From assembly GCA_022482735.1 (NCBI GenBank), contig JAKVOO010000001.1, forward strand, positions 838,837 to 902,836: a stretch of DNA of 64,000 bases, in the 5' to 3' direction. Below are positions 1 through 10,968 of this stretch, one piece after another (the first letter of the stretch is position 1; each line of letters starts with the position of its first letter). Position numbers and translations under genes: made by a program. The notes under the pieces were generated by a model. It had not been told where the DNA came from. It worked only from the letters and a program-made list of their open reading frames with translations, and ran no database searches. This stretch comes from Bacilli bacterium (GTDB taxonomy: Bacteria; Bacillota_I; Bacilli_A; RFN20; CAG-826).

Positions 1-687
1 GGTTATGCGGGAGTTTAGTGTCAGTGTGAGATAATAGTAAGATCCTTCCACTCCTTGGGCATTTTCTAAATAGAAATGAATGTCCTGAAGTTCCTCCGAC
101 TCGCCAACCTCATATTTGAGAGTATAAACGCCTTCTTCTTGGGTGCGTTCAGTTACCTCAACTTCTGAAGTGGTTTCATAATAGGCTGTCCCCGGATTAG
201 CAATAGCTTCTTCGACTGATCCTTCGTGAATAATGTTTGCCGGGAGGACGGAAACAAAGTAGAACACTAGGTCCGAAGCATGCCCATCAGAAGGGCTAAT
301 CGTAACAAAGAATGCTCCTAAATTTGAGTAATCACTCGCAATCGTGACACTTCCTTCATCGGTGACAGTGGCCCGATTATTGTTGACTGCAAATGAAACC
401 TCTTTAATACTTGCATTTGCTGGTAAGTAGCCAATCGTAAAGTCGAAACTAACTCCCGCCTCTAAATATACGGGGCTAGCCTCATTTTCCGAAAGATCGA
501 CTGTACTCGTAGCAGAAATAGAAATCAAGTCAACTGGGACTGGAGTCTCAGAAGAACTCGAAGTTTGTGAAGATGGGGTTGAATCTGAGATTGATTCAGA
601 CGAACTCTCAGAACTCGTAGTATTATTGCCCCCACATCCCACTAAAACTAGAGCGGCTAAAAGCGATAAAAGTTTAAAGTTTTTCAT
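1..687 (-). CDS. Surface lipoprotein, 5' part only (C-terminus lies off the window). It has a lipobox signal peptide, a Ser/Thr-rich linker and a bacterial Ig-like (Big_2-type) domain.
   Basis: ATG at 687..685 preceded by AGGAG. N-terminus reads MKNFKLLSLLAALVLVGCGG. The downstream segment '...YLPANASIKEVSFAVNN..ATVTDEGSVTIAS' is typical of Big_2. Absent from the ORF track because it is truncated at the window edge. Confidence 0.6.
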   Translation of the reverse strand, partial: MKNFKLLSLLAALVLVGCGGNNTTSSESSSESISDSTPSSQTSSSSETPVPVDLISISATSTVDLSENEASPVYLEAGVSFDFTIGYLPANASIKEVSFAVNNNRATVTDEGSVTIASDYSNLGAFFVTISPSDGHASDLVFYFVSVLPANIIHEGSVEEAIANPGTAYYETTSEVEVTERTQEEGVYTLKYEVGESEELQDIHFYLENAQGVEGSYYYLTLTLNSRIT

Positions 688-733
688 GGAATCTCCTTTC
701 ATTAAACCTTTTTTCAACAAAGCCTCGACGGTT

Positions 734-2468
734 TTATCGCGGTCCTCCTTTCGCGATAGACGAATTAACTTTTCTGACTTTATTAGGTTTGATCTTATAC
801 TTACGATCAAACGTTAATAACCCATTTATTTCTTGCTGCACATCGGTTAATTGTGTGTAGCAAAACCCCGCTAAACTAGAAGACTCTTTGACGGCATTTA
901 TAATTCTTGTGTATTCTTCCAAGAGTTCGTTACTGTTTTTAACAGATGTATAACCCCAACCAGAATTTGAGTTATAGGCGATACCCCCAAATTCGCTAAG
1001 AATTATGGGTTGTCCATTATATGCATATCCATCGGCATATATTTTTTTCTTGGCGGGAGTGGAAGCAATCAATTTTTCGGCTGATGAAATATCGCTAGAA
1101 AATTTCTTTTGCTTTTCTTCATCATTTTTTTGACCATGATTATAATTATGAATGCAACATAAATCACCGATGGTTTGTTCCCAACCATCATTGGAAACTA
1201 CCAGTCGAGTGGCATCCATTTTCTTAATAATATTTACGATATCAACCGAAAACTGCTGTTGAGATTTGTCATGAGAAATATCCGGAACTCCCCATGACTC
1301 ATTTAATGGAACCCAAGCGATAATTGATGGATGATTATAATCACGAGCAATGATTCGTTTCCAATCGTTAATTTGGCTTTTTACTAATTCATCATTAAAT
1401 TCATAGCCACTGGCGTCCTCTCCCCATACGATGTAGCCTAATTTGTCGGCATAATATAGGAACCATTCATCGGCGACCTTTTGGTGAAGGCGGGCACCGT
1501 TAAATCCCATTGCCTTGGTCATCAAAATATCCATTTTTAATCGTTTATAGGAAGGAGCCGTCAAAAGTGACTTCGGATAGTATCCCTGATCAAGCACCAT
1601 TTTTAAAAAGTAGGGTTCATTATTCAATAAAATTTTTCCCCGCTTTGGCTTCAACTTTTCGCATTCCAAAGTAAGATTTAACTTTATCTAGTCCATACTG
1701 AAAAATAATTGAAAACAAGAAAGGATTCTCAGGTGTCCAAGATTTTCTTTTCCTTGCACTCACGTCTTTAAAAACACTTATCGTCAAGTTAATTTCCTGA
1801 TTGGTGGCTATTCCCCTGATTGTCTCGCCGGCAACTTTTATCGTATATGATTGTCCCGGCTTGTTGACAAAGAGGTCAACGCTTACCTTCCCCTCATCAT
1901 AAAGAGGAGTAATCTTTGCTTGGGTTATATGGTAAGCAGGCAAGTATTCCACCCAAACACTGCCCCAAATACCCGTGGTCCGATTGTACCAAATGATTTC
2001 CGGCTTTTCTTTCCAGTACTGTTTTCCTCGTGGTTGACTTTTATTTTCCATTTTATCTTCGACATAAACAGAAATAACATCGTTTTTATAGGTTAATTTA
2101 TCGCTGATATCAATCGAAACCGGGGTTTGACCACCGATATTTTCAGCAATAAGTTCGCCATTTAAGTAATACTTTGAACTGTAGTCGACCGCCTGGAAGT
2201 GAAGAATAACTACCGGGTTACTTTTATCACGTTTTAGATTAAGCTCGCGATAATACCAAACGTGGTCATGATGTTCTTGCCTATTAATGCCGCTTAATTG
2301 GGTTTCAAAAGTGTAAGGAACATTAATTAGAAGCGGATACTTGTCTTTATTTAAATACCATTGCTCCTTGACTCCGATATTGTCGTCATCAAAAGCAAAA
2401 TGCCAAGTTCCATTAAGTGAAACCCATTTTTGTCGTAAGAATGAAGGCCGTGGAAAACGATTTAGCAT
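734..2468 (-). CDS. GH2-family glycoside hydrolase (beta-galactosidase/beta-glucuronidase-like). One frameshift splits it into ORFs 1620..2468 (N-terminal half) and 734..1669 (C-terminal half).
   Basis: The N-terminal half has the GH2 sugar-binding pattern (WYYRE, HFQAVDYSSKYYLNGE, GGQTPV). The C-terminal half has a TIM barrel with 'PLNESWG' (acid/base) and 'LSEFGG' (nucleophile). The two halves are colinear with the intact paralog 14837..16582. The overlap is near a tttttcccc run at ~1635. Confidence 0.8.
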
Positions 2469-2470
2469 AA

Positions 2471-3352
2471 TTATTTAATTCCTGTTCTAGCTACACCATC
2501 GATTATCTTTGATTGAACAAAAAGGAATACGATCAATATAGGAATAATCGATAAGACCGTAGCAGCAATTACAAATCCATAGTCATAGTTGTTTGAGCCC
2601 TGCATTGTGGCAAGACCCGTCTGTAGCAAATAAAAGTCGGTTTCACCAAAGATCGTGCCAATAATTGTTGGCCACATATAGTCATTCCAACTACCGATAA
2701 AGGCAAATAGGGCAGCGACAAGAATCGCACTTCTTCCTAGAGGAAAAATGATTTTAAATAGTATCTTAAAATCACTTGCGCCATCGATTCGCGCTTGCTC
2801 AATTAATTCGTAAGGTATTGAGAGGAAAAATTGGCGCACGATAAATAGGCCAAATGTTCCGCCTAATCCTGGAAGAATAAAATTAAGGAAGACAAGAAAG
2901 TAGTTTTGACCGGTATCGCTATATTGTGGAATCCAACCAAACTGATTGATCATTTGAAACAACGGTATTAAATTAATAATTCCCGGTATGACCATCGTAA
3001 TAAGAATTAAGCTAAAGACTACATTTCTTCCCTTCCACTTCAAAACACCAAATACATATCCGGCAAAAAATACAATAACGCTATATAAAGTAGTAAAAAT
3101 AGTTGATACCATCAATGAATTGCCTAACCACCGAAAAATGGGATAAGTATCCATATCTTGAAATAGCCGTATATAATTATCCAAGGTTGGATGATAGGGA
3201 ATTATTGATAAAACATGATTAGCAATATCGCTTGGGGATTTAAACGAGGTTCCAAACATCCACAGCAAAGGCATAATCCAAATTGCGGAAAGAACCAGCA
3301 AAATCCAAAATGAGACCCGTTTTCTGATTTTTTTATTTTTTGTAAGTCCCAT
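2471..3352 (-). CDS. Carbohydrate ABC transporter permease (CUT1 family, MalG-like).
   Basis: Six TM segments and the EAA-loop region 'IEQARIDGASDFKILFKII'. Confidence 0.85.
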   Translation of the reverse strand: MGLTKNKKIRKRVSFWILLVLSAIWIMPLLWMFGTSFKSPSDIANHVLSIIPYHPTLDNYIRLFQDMDTYPIFRWLGNSLMVSTIFTTLYSVIVFFAGYVFGVLKWKGRNVVFSLILITMVIPGIINLIPLFQMINQFGWIPQYSDTGQNYFLVFLNFILPGLGGTFGLFIVRQFFLSIPYELIEQARIDGASDFKILFKIIFPLGRSAILVAALFAFIGSWNDYMWPTIIGTIFGETDFYLLQTGLATMQGSNNYDYGFVIAATVLSIIPILIVFLFVQSKIIDGVARTGIK

Positions 3353-4276
3353 TTATTTTTCCGCCTTTCGTTGGTAAATGAACTGCGCGACGCTGACTAG
3401 CAAAATCAAAAAGCCAAAAATGATGGCTGCGCTGGCAGCAAGACCGCCCTTTGTCGTATCAAAAACTAAGTTATAAATCCACATCGTCGCGGAAGTGGTT
3501 GATTTTTCTGGACCGCCCTCGGTCAGTAAAGCCGATTGACCATAAAGATTAAATGATGAAATCACTGAGGTAAAAAGAGCTAAGAATAACTGATTTCTAA
3601 TTCCTGGCAGAGCAACATGAATAATGCTATCGAAGTAGCCACAGCCATCAATTGATGCTGCATCATAAAGTTGCTTATCGACGTCTTTTAAACCGGCAGA
3701 GAAAATAACGACATTAGTTCCTATAGTCCACCAAATAGTGGTAACAAGAATGGCTATCCAAGAGAAAGGTTGTTGATTCAACCATGAAACTGAATCCAGT
3801 CCAAATAAGTTCAAAATTCCATTTACAAATCCATTGTTGGAATCAAACTGCCAACGAAATATAAGGCAAACAACGGTTACTGACAAAACAGTAGGTAAGA
3901 AAAATATTGCTCTAAATACCTTGTAAAATTTCGGTTCATTATCCAATAAAATGGCGATAAATAAAGGAATGATAATGAGAAGAGGGACACTTATAACAAC
4001 GAATAATAGCGTATTCTTAATTGAATTAAGAAAGTCCAAACTTCTTTGTGAGCCAGAGAAAAGTAATGTCCAGTAATTGGAATTAGTTCCAAACCCCAAG
4101 AAAACACGACTTCCTGGATCAAAGTAATCCCATTTAAAGAAACTAATAAATATTCCGTAAAAGAAAGGGACGATGAAGAAAATAATGAAAGCCAAGAGGT
4201 AGGGAGAAAGCAATAGCCCTACGGTTCCATATTTCTTAATGTTTTTCTTTATTTTGCTTTTAGCTAAAGCGGTCAT
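3353..4276 (-). CDS. Carbohydrate ABC transporter permease (MalF-like).
   Basis: Multi-TM protein with the EAA motif 'YDAASIDGCGYFDSIIHVALPGI'. Its stop abuts the downstream permease. Confidence 0.85.
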   Translation of the reverse strand: MTALAKSKIKKNIKKYGTVGLLLSPYLLAFIIFFIVPFFYGIFISFFKWDYFDPGSRVFLGFGTNSNYWTLLFSGSQRSLDFLNSIKNTLLFVVISVPLLIIIPLFIAILLDNEPKFYKVFRAIFFLPTVLSVTVVCLIFRWQFDSNNGFVNGILNLFGLDSVSWLNQQPFSWIAILVTTIWWTIGTNVVIFSAGLKDVDKQLYDAASIDGCGYFDSIIHVALPGIRNQLFLALFTSVISSFNLYGQSALLTEGGPEKSTTSATMWIYNLVFDTTKGGLAASAAIIFGFLILLVSVAQFIYQRKAEK

Positions 4277-4287
4277 TGAATTTGTTC

Positions 4288-5592
4288 CTATTCGTTAGCT
4301 CGAGCTTCTGCAACCAGTTCAAGTCCTTCTTCATATGCTTCTTGAAGGAGAGAAGGACCATTATAATCAGAACGACTTAAAGCCGTAGTTAGTCGAGAAA
4401 ATACCGGCGAATAGGCCTCATAATAATATGGAGATGGAGCATTTAATGTAAAACTTTCCACATTGCCATAATGCGCATGATAAGGCAGAGCGGCATATTC
4501 TGGCGTTGCTCGCGCTATGTTACTAGCGGGTACGTGGCCACCTTTTTCTGCCCATAAAGAAGCGTGCTCTGTCATGTATTTAATGAAAGTCAAAGCGGCT
4601 TTTTGTTTTGCGGCATTGCCTCGTCCATTAGGTAAAATGAACGAATGCGAACGGCTAGCAATTTTGTCAGAAACAGCGGTTGGAGTGTCAACAAACATAT
4701 TAGATAGCGAGGCCACTCCAAAATTAACTCCGGAGTCCACCACCGAATTAAGCATCCAATCGCCATTTATATGAAACATTGCTTTTCCTTGATTAAATGT
4801 CATTAAGTCAGAATCAACACTGACATTTAAAGGTGAGAGATGGTATTGATGAATTAAATCCGTCACCGATTTTAACGCCGCCGCTCCCGCTGCCGTGTTA
4901 TAAGCCGGATTGCCTTCGGCATCAACTTCGGTACCACCATTTTGGTATAAAGCGGTTGTGTAAATGTATTCGCTTGGCCAAGCAGTTGATAATGGCAGTC
5001 CCCACCCACCGCTAGGAGTATTGGGCATAGAACTAGCAGCCGCAATTAATTCCGCCCGATTGGTTGGAACATTGCCACTATAATATTGATTAAGCAAATC
5101 TTTATTGTAATAAAGAACAATCGTATGAATGTCTAGCGGAACCGCATAGAGTTGATCGTTGTACTTCATGGCATCAAAGACATCAGGCAGATAATCTTCA
5201 CGCTTAATATCAATTCCGTTATCGACAATCAAATCATCAAGCGGAGTCAAATAATCTTTAACCGCAAAATTTGGAATTTTATAGGAGTGGATTAAGGCTA
5301 CATCAAAGGCCCGTTTCATCGGAATCGACAACGAAAGTGCTTGATAGTACTCTGTTTCTGGAGTAAAAGTCTCGGTGACCTTAATTTGCCCAGCATAAGC
5401 CGCATTAAAATCAGACACCAACTGACGCATTGCAACTCCGTCGGCACCAGTAATTGGATTTCCGTAGGTGATTAATACTTCTCCTTGCGAAGTTGAATCT
5501 CCACCACTACTTCCGTCCGTCGAAGATTTTGCCGTGGTCCCGCAAGACGACAGCACCAGTAGCAAAGAGGCAAAAATAAGTTGTTTTTTCAT
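4288..5592 (-). CDS. Extracellular solute-binding lipoprotein of a sugar ABC transporter.
   Basis: N-terminus MKKQLIFASLLLVLSSCG with a lipobox. Length and composition fit SBP family 1. Confidence 0.8.
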   Translation of the reverse strand: MKKQLIFASLLLVLSSCGTTAKSSTDGSSGGDSTSQGEVLITYGNPITGADGVAMRQLVSDFNAAYAGQIKVTETFTPETEYYQALSLSIPMKRAFDVALIHSYKIPNFAVKDYLTPLDDLIVDNGIDIKREDYLPDVFDAMKYNDQLYAVPLDIHTIVLYYNKDLLNQYYSGNVPTNRAELIAAASSMPNTPSGGWGLPLSTAWPSEYIYTTALYQNGGTEVDAEGNPAYNTAAGAAALKSVTDLIHQYHLSPLNVSVDSDLMTFNQGKAMFHINGDWMLNSVVDSGVNFGVASLSNMFVDTPTAVSDKIASRSHSFILPNGRGNAAKQKAALTFIKYMTEHASLWAEKGGHVPASNIARATPEYAALPYHAHYGNVESFTLNAPSPYYYEAYSPVFSRLTTALSRSDYNGPSLLQEAYEEGLELVAEARANE

Positions 5593-5601
5593 GATTTTCT
5601 C

Positions 5602-6725
5602 CTATAGATTTATAATTGGATAGCGAGCATTTTCGCTCGTTCCATAATCTTTCGTATGTGGCCATCCTTCGGTCCATATAAGCTTCTCGATTAAAAGTGA
5701 TCGGCGATTAGTTGTCCCTTCTTTGGCATCTTTAGTCGTGTCATATCCGTGATAGACAAGATAATAATCGCCGGCATCATCCTCAATCATCGCATTATGA
5801 CCGACGCCAACAAAACGCTCATTAGCGGTGACCACTAAGGTTCCCTTATTTTGTTGCATCGCCATATCATTGCCATTTTGATCTAAGTATGGTCCGCCAA
5901 TTGATTCCGACCTCGCGACTACTACTTTGTAGGTGGAACTAAAGCCGGCGCAGCAACTGCCAGTTGATAAGAATAGGATAATAGTAGCTATTAACTTTTC
6001 TTAGGTATGCCCCCTCGTAGTTTCCTAAATTGAAACTACTAGTCGTCCCCTGCTAAAAGTATTTTGTGGCTACTTTGATACTCAACACCATTTAATAGCC
6101 CAAGGCCATCACTCGTTAATTCGACAAGATAAATGCCGACAAATGATCCCCAAGCCATGTAGACATGACCATCATCCACAAAGACACTTGGATCAATCGA
6201 ATTAGCAACACCAATTTCACTACTGAGAAATAATTTTCCTTGATCAGTAAATGGTCCTAAGGGACTATCGGATGTGGCAACGCCAATACCGGGATCGGCG
6301 TCTCCCCAAGTGGAAAGAGAGTAGTATAAGAGGTATTTATCGCCAATTTTGACAATATCAGGGGCCCAAATGCCAGCCCCCATAGTTCCCCAAGAAGGGG
6401 TATCTTTTGCTTTTGGAAAAGCCGAATTACGAAACTCCCAATGAACGAGATCGACACTCGACAGAACGGGTACATACTTCAATCCGTAATCAGTCCCCCA
6501 TCTTGCGGTATCGGATGTTCCATAGGCATAAAACACTCCATCTTCTCCCCGAATAATTGATGGATCAGCTAAAACTGGTTCCCAAACGGGATTGTTATAT
6601 TCCGTTGGTTGTTCTTGACTTGATAAAGAAGAATACTCTGATGAAGTTGACGACACGTTACTACCTCCGCATCCCGTGAGTAGACAAGTAACAAGCAATG
6701 CTGAGAGAAACTTTTTCATAATCAA
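5602..6725 (-). CDS. GH43-family lipoprotein (arabinofuranosidase/xylosidase-like). Two same-direction frameshifts near 6045 and 5980 interrupt it; the track shows it as ORFs 6039..6725 and 5602..5865.
   Basis: Lipobox LLTGCGG. GH43 blade motifs ADPSIIR, GIWAPDIVKIGDKYLLYYS, GIGVATSDSPLGPF. Hand translation of the gap region in shifted frames recovers 'NYEGAYLRKVNSYYY' and then 'LFLSTGSCCAGFSSTYKVVVARSESIGGPYLD', continuing into WTEGWP. Confidence 0.8.
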
Positions 6726-8731
6726 TCCTTGGTAATAACTAATGAATCAACTGTTATTAATCCACTGGCCTTTCCGATCAGCAGGGCTATTTTTCCTCGA
6801 GAATAATTTTCTTCGGGAGTAAATGTCAGTGTGAAATCTTGATATTCACTAGTTAATGTCACGGCTTTTTTAGCAATATTAACGTCTCCATTATTGTTAG
6901 TTACTTCCATATCAATGCTGGTTGTACCCGAATTAACTTTAGCTCTTAAAGTGAGCGTATAGGTGATTCCTGAAGAGAAAATTTTTCCATCTTGCGCTAA
7001 TTGAGCATGCCAGGATTGACTTCCAGGAGTGACGACATTTAATGTGACCTCTTGGGAAGAGAGGTTTGTCCCGAATTCAACTAACGCCCCATTGCTCGCT
7101 TCCTTAATAAAGCCATAACTACCATACTTAAAATCCGAATTGACAATTTGCCAGTCTTCATAACTTCGAGGATCAACTTGCGTGGCTTCACCAGCAGTTA
7201 TCTGTTGATTTTCAAATTTATCAATGGTAACCACATTACTGCCCTGACCACCGAGAAGAATTGAATATTTAGCGTTAAAACTAATCGTGGCCCTAAACTC
7301 AACCGTAAATGTTTGAAATTCAGTGGTTAGATTTAAGGTTTCTGCTACTACCCGAGCAAAGGAGTTACTTGGATTAGAAACTTCAATAACGACCGTCCGC
7401 GCTACATCGGCTTTAGCTATCAAGGTAATACGATAGATTTGACCCGAAGTTATGCTTACGTTCTGTTGCCATAGCTGAATATGCCAACCATCGCTCGATC
7501 CCGAAACAATCTCAATCGTCGCCTTAGAATCACCGGATGAGAAATTAGCATTTCCATTTCCATTAGTTTGATTTACGTCTTTAGTCCAGCCCTGGAATCC
7601 ATTGTCAAAATCAGCATTAATCAAATTGTATGGATGATCTTTGGCAATGACAAATCCGACTCTTCGATTGACAAACCCAAAGTTTCCTTCGCTATCAGAA
7701 ACACGGTAAGAGATCATCATCCCAGTTTGAGCGTTGACATTATTTGGGACTTCTCCGACGATTGTCATACTGGAAGTGATATCCTGGCCTAAGTAATCTT
7801 TGGCCGTGACTTGTGGAAGCGCATCAAATTGGTCTTTAGTCGATACAGTTACTGGTCCGGCATTTTGAAAAGTCGGGGCCTTGTCTATAGGTGCTAAATT
7901 GACCTCTCGCACTTTGATGTTATCAATCGTGCAGTCAATCGGGTTAGCGCTAGTAGCTGTGTCATCGATCGAAAGATTGTAGCCAAGATAAATAACGGCT
8001 TTAACTAGCGAAATATCCGCAGAAATTGAAGCGATAACCGAATAAGTTTGATATTCACTAGTTAGAGTGAGGGCTTGATATCCGCTTACGAGCATAGCGT
8101 AATTGTTGGATACATTTTCAAATCCCGCGGAAATGGCCCGGCCCGACGAAGATTTGGCTTGAAAGGTCATCTCGTATGATTTTCCCGCCTCAAATGAAAT
8201 TCCTGATTGATACAATTGTATCGCCCAAGCTTCAGTTCCAGGATCAGTGACCGCAATGTAAGCCGCACTATTCTTAATTGAAAAAGTGCCGTTGCCTCCT
8301 GGTTTATCAAAGGTCCAGTAAGTTTTGCCGCTAGAAAAATTACCATTATAAACATTAACGCCCCGAATAACTTGAATTGATCTAGTCACGGTTGAAGTTG
8401 TTTGAACTGAGTTTGTAGCTGAATAAGTAATCGTATATCCTGCTTCAAAATCGGAACTAAAATAATCATCATCTTCAATTGTTACTTCCAACTCGCCATC
8501 TATTCCGTCATAGGCGTGAACACCTTCTAAAAGGTCAAACGCATCGCCTAAAGGAGCGACAGTATCTTCAACTCCTTCCCACGTAATCCCATGCACGGGA
8601 ATAGTCGTACTAATTGATGAAGAATCTAATGAACCACTTGATGAGGGTTCAAGGGAGGACGAATTACCTGAACTGCAGGCAAATAGCATAGAAGAGCATA
8701 CAATCGATAGTAATATTTTGCTTATTTTCAT
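6722..8731 (-). CDS. Surface lipoprotein with three CBM4/9-type carbohydrate-binding modules and an Ig-like (DUF5011-type) domain. A putative xylan-binding protein.
   Basis: Lipobox MLFACSSG. Three ~130-aa repeats, each starting 'N.DF..G..GW...' and ending in a long beta-sandwich. An 'HAYDGIDGELEVT' Ig-like segment. Start overlaps the GH43 gene (ATGA). Confidence 0.7.
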   Translation of the reverse strand: MKISKILLSIVCSSMLFACSSGNSSSLEPSSSGSLDSSSISTTIPVHGITWEGVEDTVAPLGDAFDLLEGVHAYDGIDGELEVTIEDDDYFSSDFEAGYTITYSATNSVQTTSTVTRSIQVIRGVNVYNGNFSSGKTYWTFDKPGGNGTFSIKNSAAYIAVTDPGTEAWAIQLYQSGISFEAGKSYEMTFQAKSSSGRAISAGFENVSNNYAMLVSGYQALTLTSEYQTYSVIASISADISLVKAVIYLGYNLSIDDTATSANPIDCTIDNIKVREVNLAPIDKAPTFQNAGPVTVSTKDQFDALPQVTAKDYLGQDITSSMTIVGEVPNNVNAQTGMMISYRVSDSEGNFGFVNRRVGFVIAKDHPYNLINADFDNGFQGWTKDVNQTNGNGNANFSSGDSKATIEIVSGSSDGWHIQLWQQNVSITSGQIYRITLIAKADVARTVVIEVSNPSNSFARVVAETLNLTTEFQTFTVEFRATISFNAKYSILLGGQGSNVVTIDKFENQQITAGEATQVDPRSYEDWQIVNSDFKYGSYGFIKEASNGALVEFGTNLSSQEVTLNVVTPGSQSWHAQLAQDGKIFSSGITYTLTLRAKVNSGTTSIDMEVTNNNGDVNIAKKAVTLTSEYQDFTLTFTPEENYSRGKIALLIGKASGLITVDSLVITKD

Positions 8732-8750
8732 AGTTTCCTCCTATAAGCAT

Positions 8751-9719
8751 TTATTGTTCCCGAACAAAGAGTGAAACATCTAAAACTTTACGGGTTAGAT
8801 TTTCTTTAGTTCCACCGACAATCATTCGGTTAAGGCTTTCGACACTTTCATAGGCTATTTCAGTTGTCTTATGGTTAACGCTTGTAATATTTGGAAGGTA
8901 GGTCAAAAATTTCTTGATATTATCGAATCCAACCATCTGAATGCCTTTTATCTTGTCTTTTACATTCTGAATTTGTGAAAGGATGGAGTAACAAATGTCA
9001 TCATTGAAACAAACAATGCCTGTATTTTCGTCCAGCATCGAGCGGATTTCGCTGATGTTTTCATTATCAATAACGTCCGCATAGTAAAACTGAGGAACGA
9101 TTTTGGCATTCTTTAATCCATCTTTTAGTCCTTCATAACGACGAATCGAACATTCAATTTCTTTCGGGCCAACATAAATCACTTTTTGCGATTTGTTCTC
9201 CAAAAGATAATCGGCGACTAACTTTCCGCCTTTATAATCATCAGTACAAACATAACTGATAACATTGCTATCGCTTTTTCGACCAATTAATAAGACTGGA
9301 AGTGATGTTTGTTCAATAATTTCAAGGGCCTCTTCCGAAGGCTCAAGAAATGTCAGCACACCTTCAATTCGCTGTTGAATAATGCTCCGAAGAAGCGGGG
9401 GGCTAAGACGCGATGTCGGAGAGGGAATGATTAAGGCATCGTAACCAAAAGTCCGAAGTTTGCTAATCAGTTTATGGGCAGTTAAAGAAAAGTATGGGTT
9501 GCGCATATTATCGTATACTAGAGCTACGACGTGCGTGCGACCGTTTTTTAAAGAAACGGCATTCTTATTGGGAATGTATCCCAATTCCTTTGCCTTGTCC
9601 TTAACTTTTGTCTTTAGCGATTCGCTGATATCCGGGAGATCTCTTAAAGCATGGGAAACCGTGTTTTTCGATACTCCTAGAGCGTCAGCTAAATCCTGCA
9701 TGGAAATAAGGTTTTTCAT
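8751..9719 (-). CDS. LacI-family transcriptional regulator.
   Basis: N-terminal HTH 'MQDLADALGVSKNTVSHALRD' followed by a periplasmic-binding-fold domain. Confidence 0.9.
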   Translation of the reverse strand: MKNLISMQDLADALGVSKNTVSHALRDLPDISESLKTKVKDKAKELGYIPNKNAVSLKNGRTHVVALVYDNMRNPYFSLTAHKLISKLRTFGYDALIIPSPTSRLSPPLLRSIIQQRIEGVLTFLEPSEEALEIIEQTSLPVLLIGRKSDSNVISYVCTDDYKGGKLVADYLLENKSQKVIYVGPKEIECSIRRYEGLKDGLKNAKIVPQFYYADVIDNENISEIRSMLDENTGIVCFNDDICYSILSQIQNVKDKIKGIQMVGFDNIKKFLTYLPNITSVNHKTTEIAYESVESLNRMIVGGTKENLTRKVLDVSLFVREQ

Positions 9720-9734
9720 AAGTTCATTTTTATA

Positions 9735-9756
9735 TTACATTACCGATAATGTAATG
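9735..9756. promoter_or_regulatory. Palindromic candidate operator in the LacI leader (TTACATTACCGATAATGTAATG; core ACATTA-CCGA-TAATGT).
   Basis: Inverted repeat with 6-bp arms, 16 to 37 bp upstream of the lacI-family gene start. Confidence 0.35.
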
Positions 9757-9998
9757 TCAATAATAAATAATAAAGGGCTTACATAAGGCCAAAGGTAAAA
9801 AACTACTTTTGTTAATCGTGAAGCCTAAAAACGAACAATTGTTAAACTCTTTATTATCAATAGTATTAACAATAATTAATCAATAGTACTTTTTTTAGAA
9901 AAGAAGCCAAAAAATATAGCGACAAGTTTGTTGCCAAAAAAATATTTTTGCTATTAATTATTAAATTTTTATATATGTGTAAATGAATAGAAAATCAA

Positions 9999-10661
9999 TC
10001 AACGAGTAGTAAACATCGATGCTAGTTTAAAGGCCGGCATTGTTTGTAGATATACTCGGCCCGGGCCTCTAAGAATAGTATTGAATATTCCTTCACCGCC
10101 AAGAAGTACATTTTTAACTCCTCCAACTGTTCGAATATCCATCTGCACTGTGGCATCCATTCCCGCGACATATCCCGTACTTACAATCAATTCCTCACCT
10201 ATTTCAAGATCTTTAATTACTACTGATCCATCAATCTCTAAAAAGGCGGTACCCTCCCCAGTCAACCTTTGCATAATAAAACCTTCGCCGCCAAAAACTC
10301 CGGCTCCTAGTTTTTTTCTAAAGAAAGTAGAAAGTTCTACGCCCATTTCAGCACAAAGAAAAGCTCGCTTTTGGGCGATAAATGGTTTATCAAAAGTAAT
10401 ATCAATGGGAATTATGGAGCCGGGCATACAGGACGCTAAACTGATTGTCCCCGGAGTGTTTTGTGCAGTATAGTAATTGAGGAAAAGACTCTCTCCAGAA
10501 AGTATTCTCCCAAATACCTTGCCCACATCTCCTCCTCGCGTTTCCATCTTCATATTAGGACTCATCCAAGCCATTCCACCGGCTTCGGTAATAATCGTTT
10601 CGTTTGCTTCAAGTTCGATATTAACTACTGGTAATTGTCCGCCATCAATTTGATACTTCAT
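9999..10661 (-). CDS. AIM24/DUF124 (TIGR00266) family protein.
   Basis: Family-typical pattern: MKYQIDGG..P.V.IEL..GE.I..EAGGM.WM, LSGESLF, GEGFIMQRLTGEG.AFL, GGEGIFNT.L.GPG.V.LQTMP. Confidence 0.8.
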   Translation of the reverse strand: MKYQIDGGQLPVVNIELEANETIITEAGGMAWMSPNMKMETRGGDVGKVFGRILSGESLFLNYYTAQNTPGTISLASCMPGSIIPIDITFDKPFIAQKRAFLCAEMGVELSTFFRKKLGAGVFGGEGFIMQRLTGEGTAFLEIDGSVVIKDLEIGEELIVSTGYVAGMDATVQMDIRTVGGVKNVLLGGEGIFNTILRGPGRVYLQTMPAFKLASMFTTR

Positions 10662-10968
10662 ATTTTGCTCATTTCTTTTTTGCTACTATTTTTTAATAGT
10701 CGATATTTATATAATACTCATTTTATGTTTATTATCTAAATAGTTTCCATATTAAAAAGAATGAAGTTACTCCAATTGCTTGGCCTTTTTATTTTTAAAG
10801 TGCGCTATTGCTTCTTATGATAAAAACGATATTAGGAACTAATATACTAATAATATAGATAACTATTATGCCTATGGCATATATTGCTTCGGAACTTATG
10901 TTGTTGCTCCCCATAGATCATGTTTAATTTAAAAACCAAGTTTTTTTTAGTTTAAACTGAAGTAATTA

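Noticed and set aside
1851-2096. Numerous 60-130-aa ORFs antisense to, or embedded in, large genes. Examples are 1851..2096, 4517..4774, 10081..10473, 10985..11332, 13734..14006, 24114..24482, 26708..26968, 27404..27703, 54422..54727 and 57493..57882.
   Set aside because: They lie entirely inside well-supported conserved genes on the opposite strand or in another frame. They have low-complexity or compositionally odd translations and no RBS. These are spurious six-frame artefacts.
5602-5865. 87-aa stand-alone ORF, and the ORF 40554..40757 (67 aa).
   Set aside because: Both are C-terminal fragments of frameshifted genes (the GH43 lipoprotein and the MalF-like permease respectively). The upstream reading frames stay open and encode the expected conserved segments.
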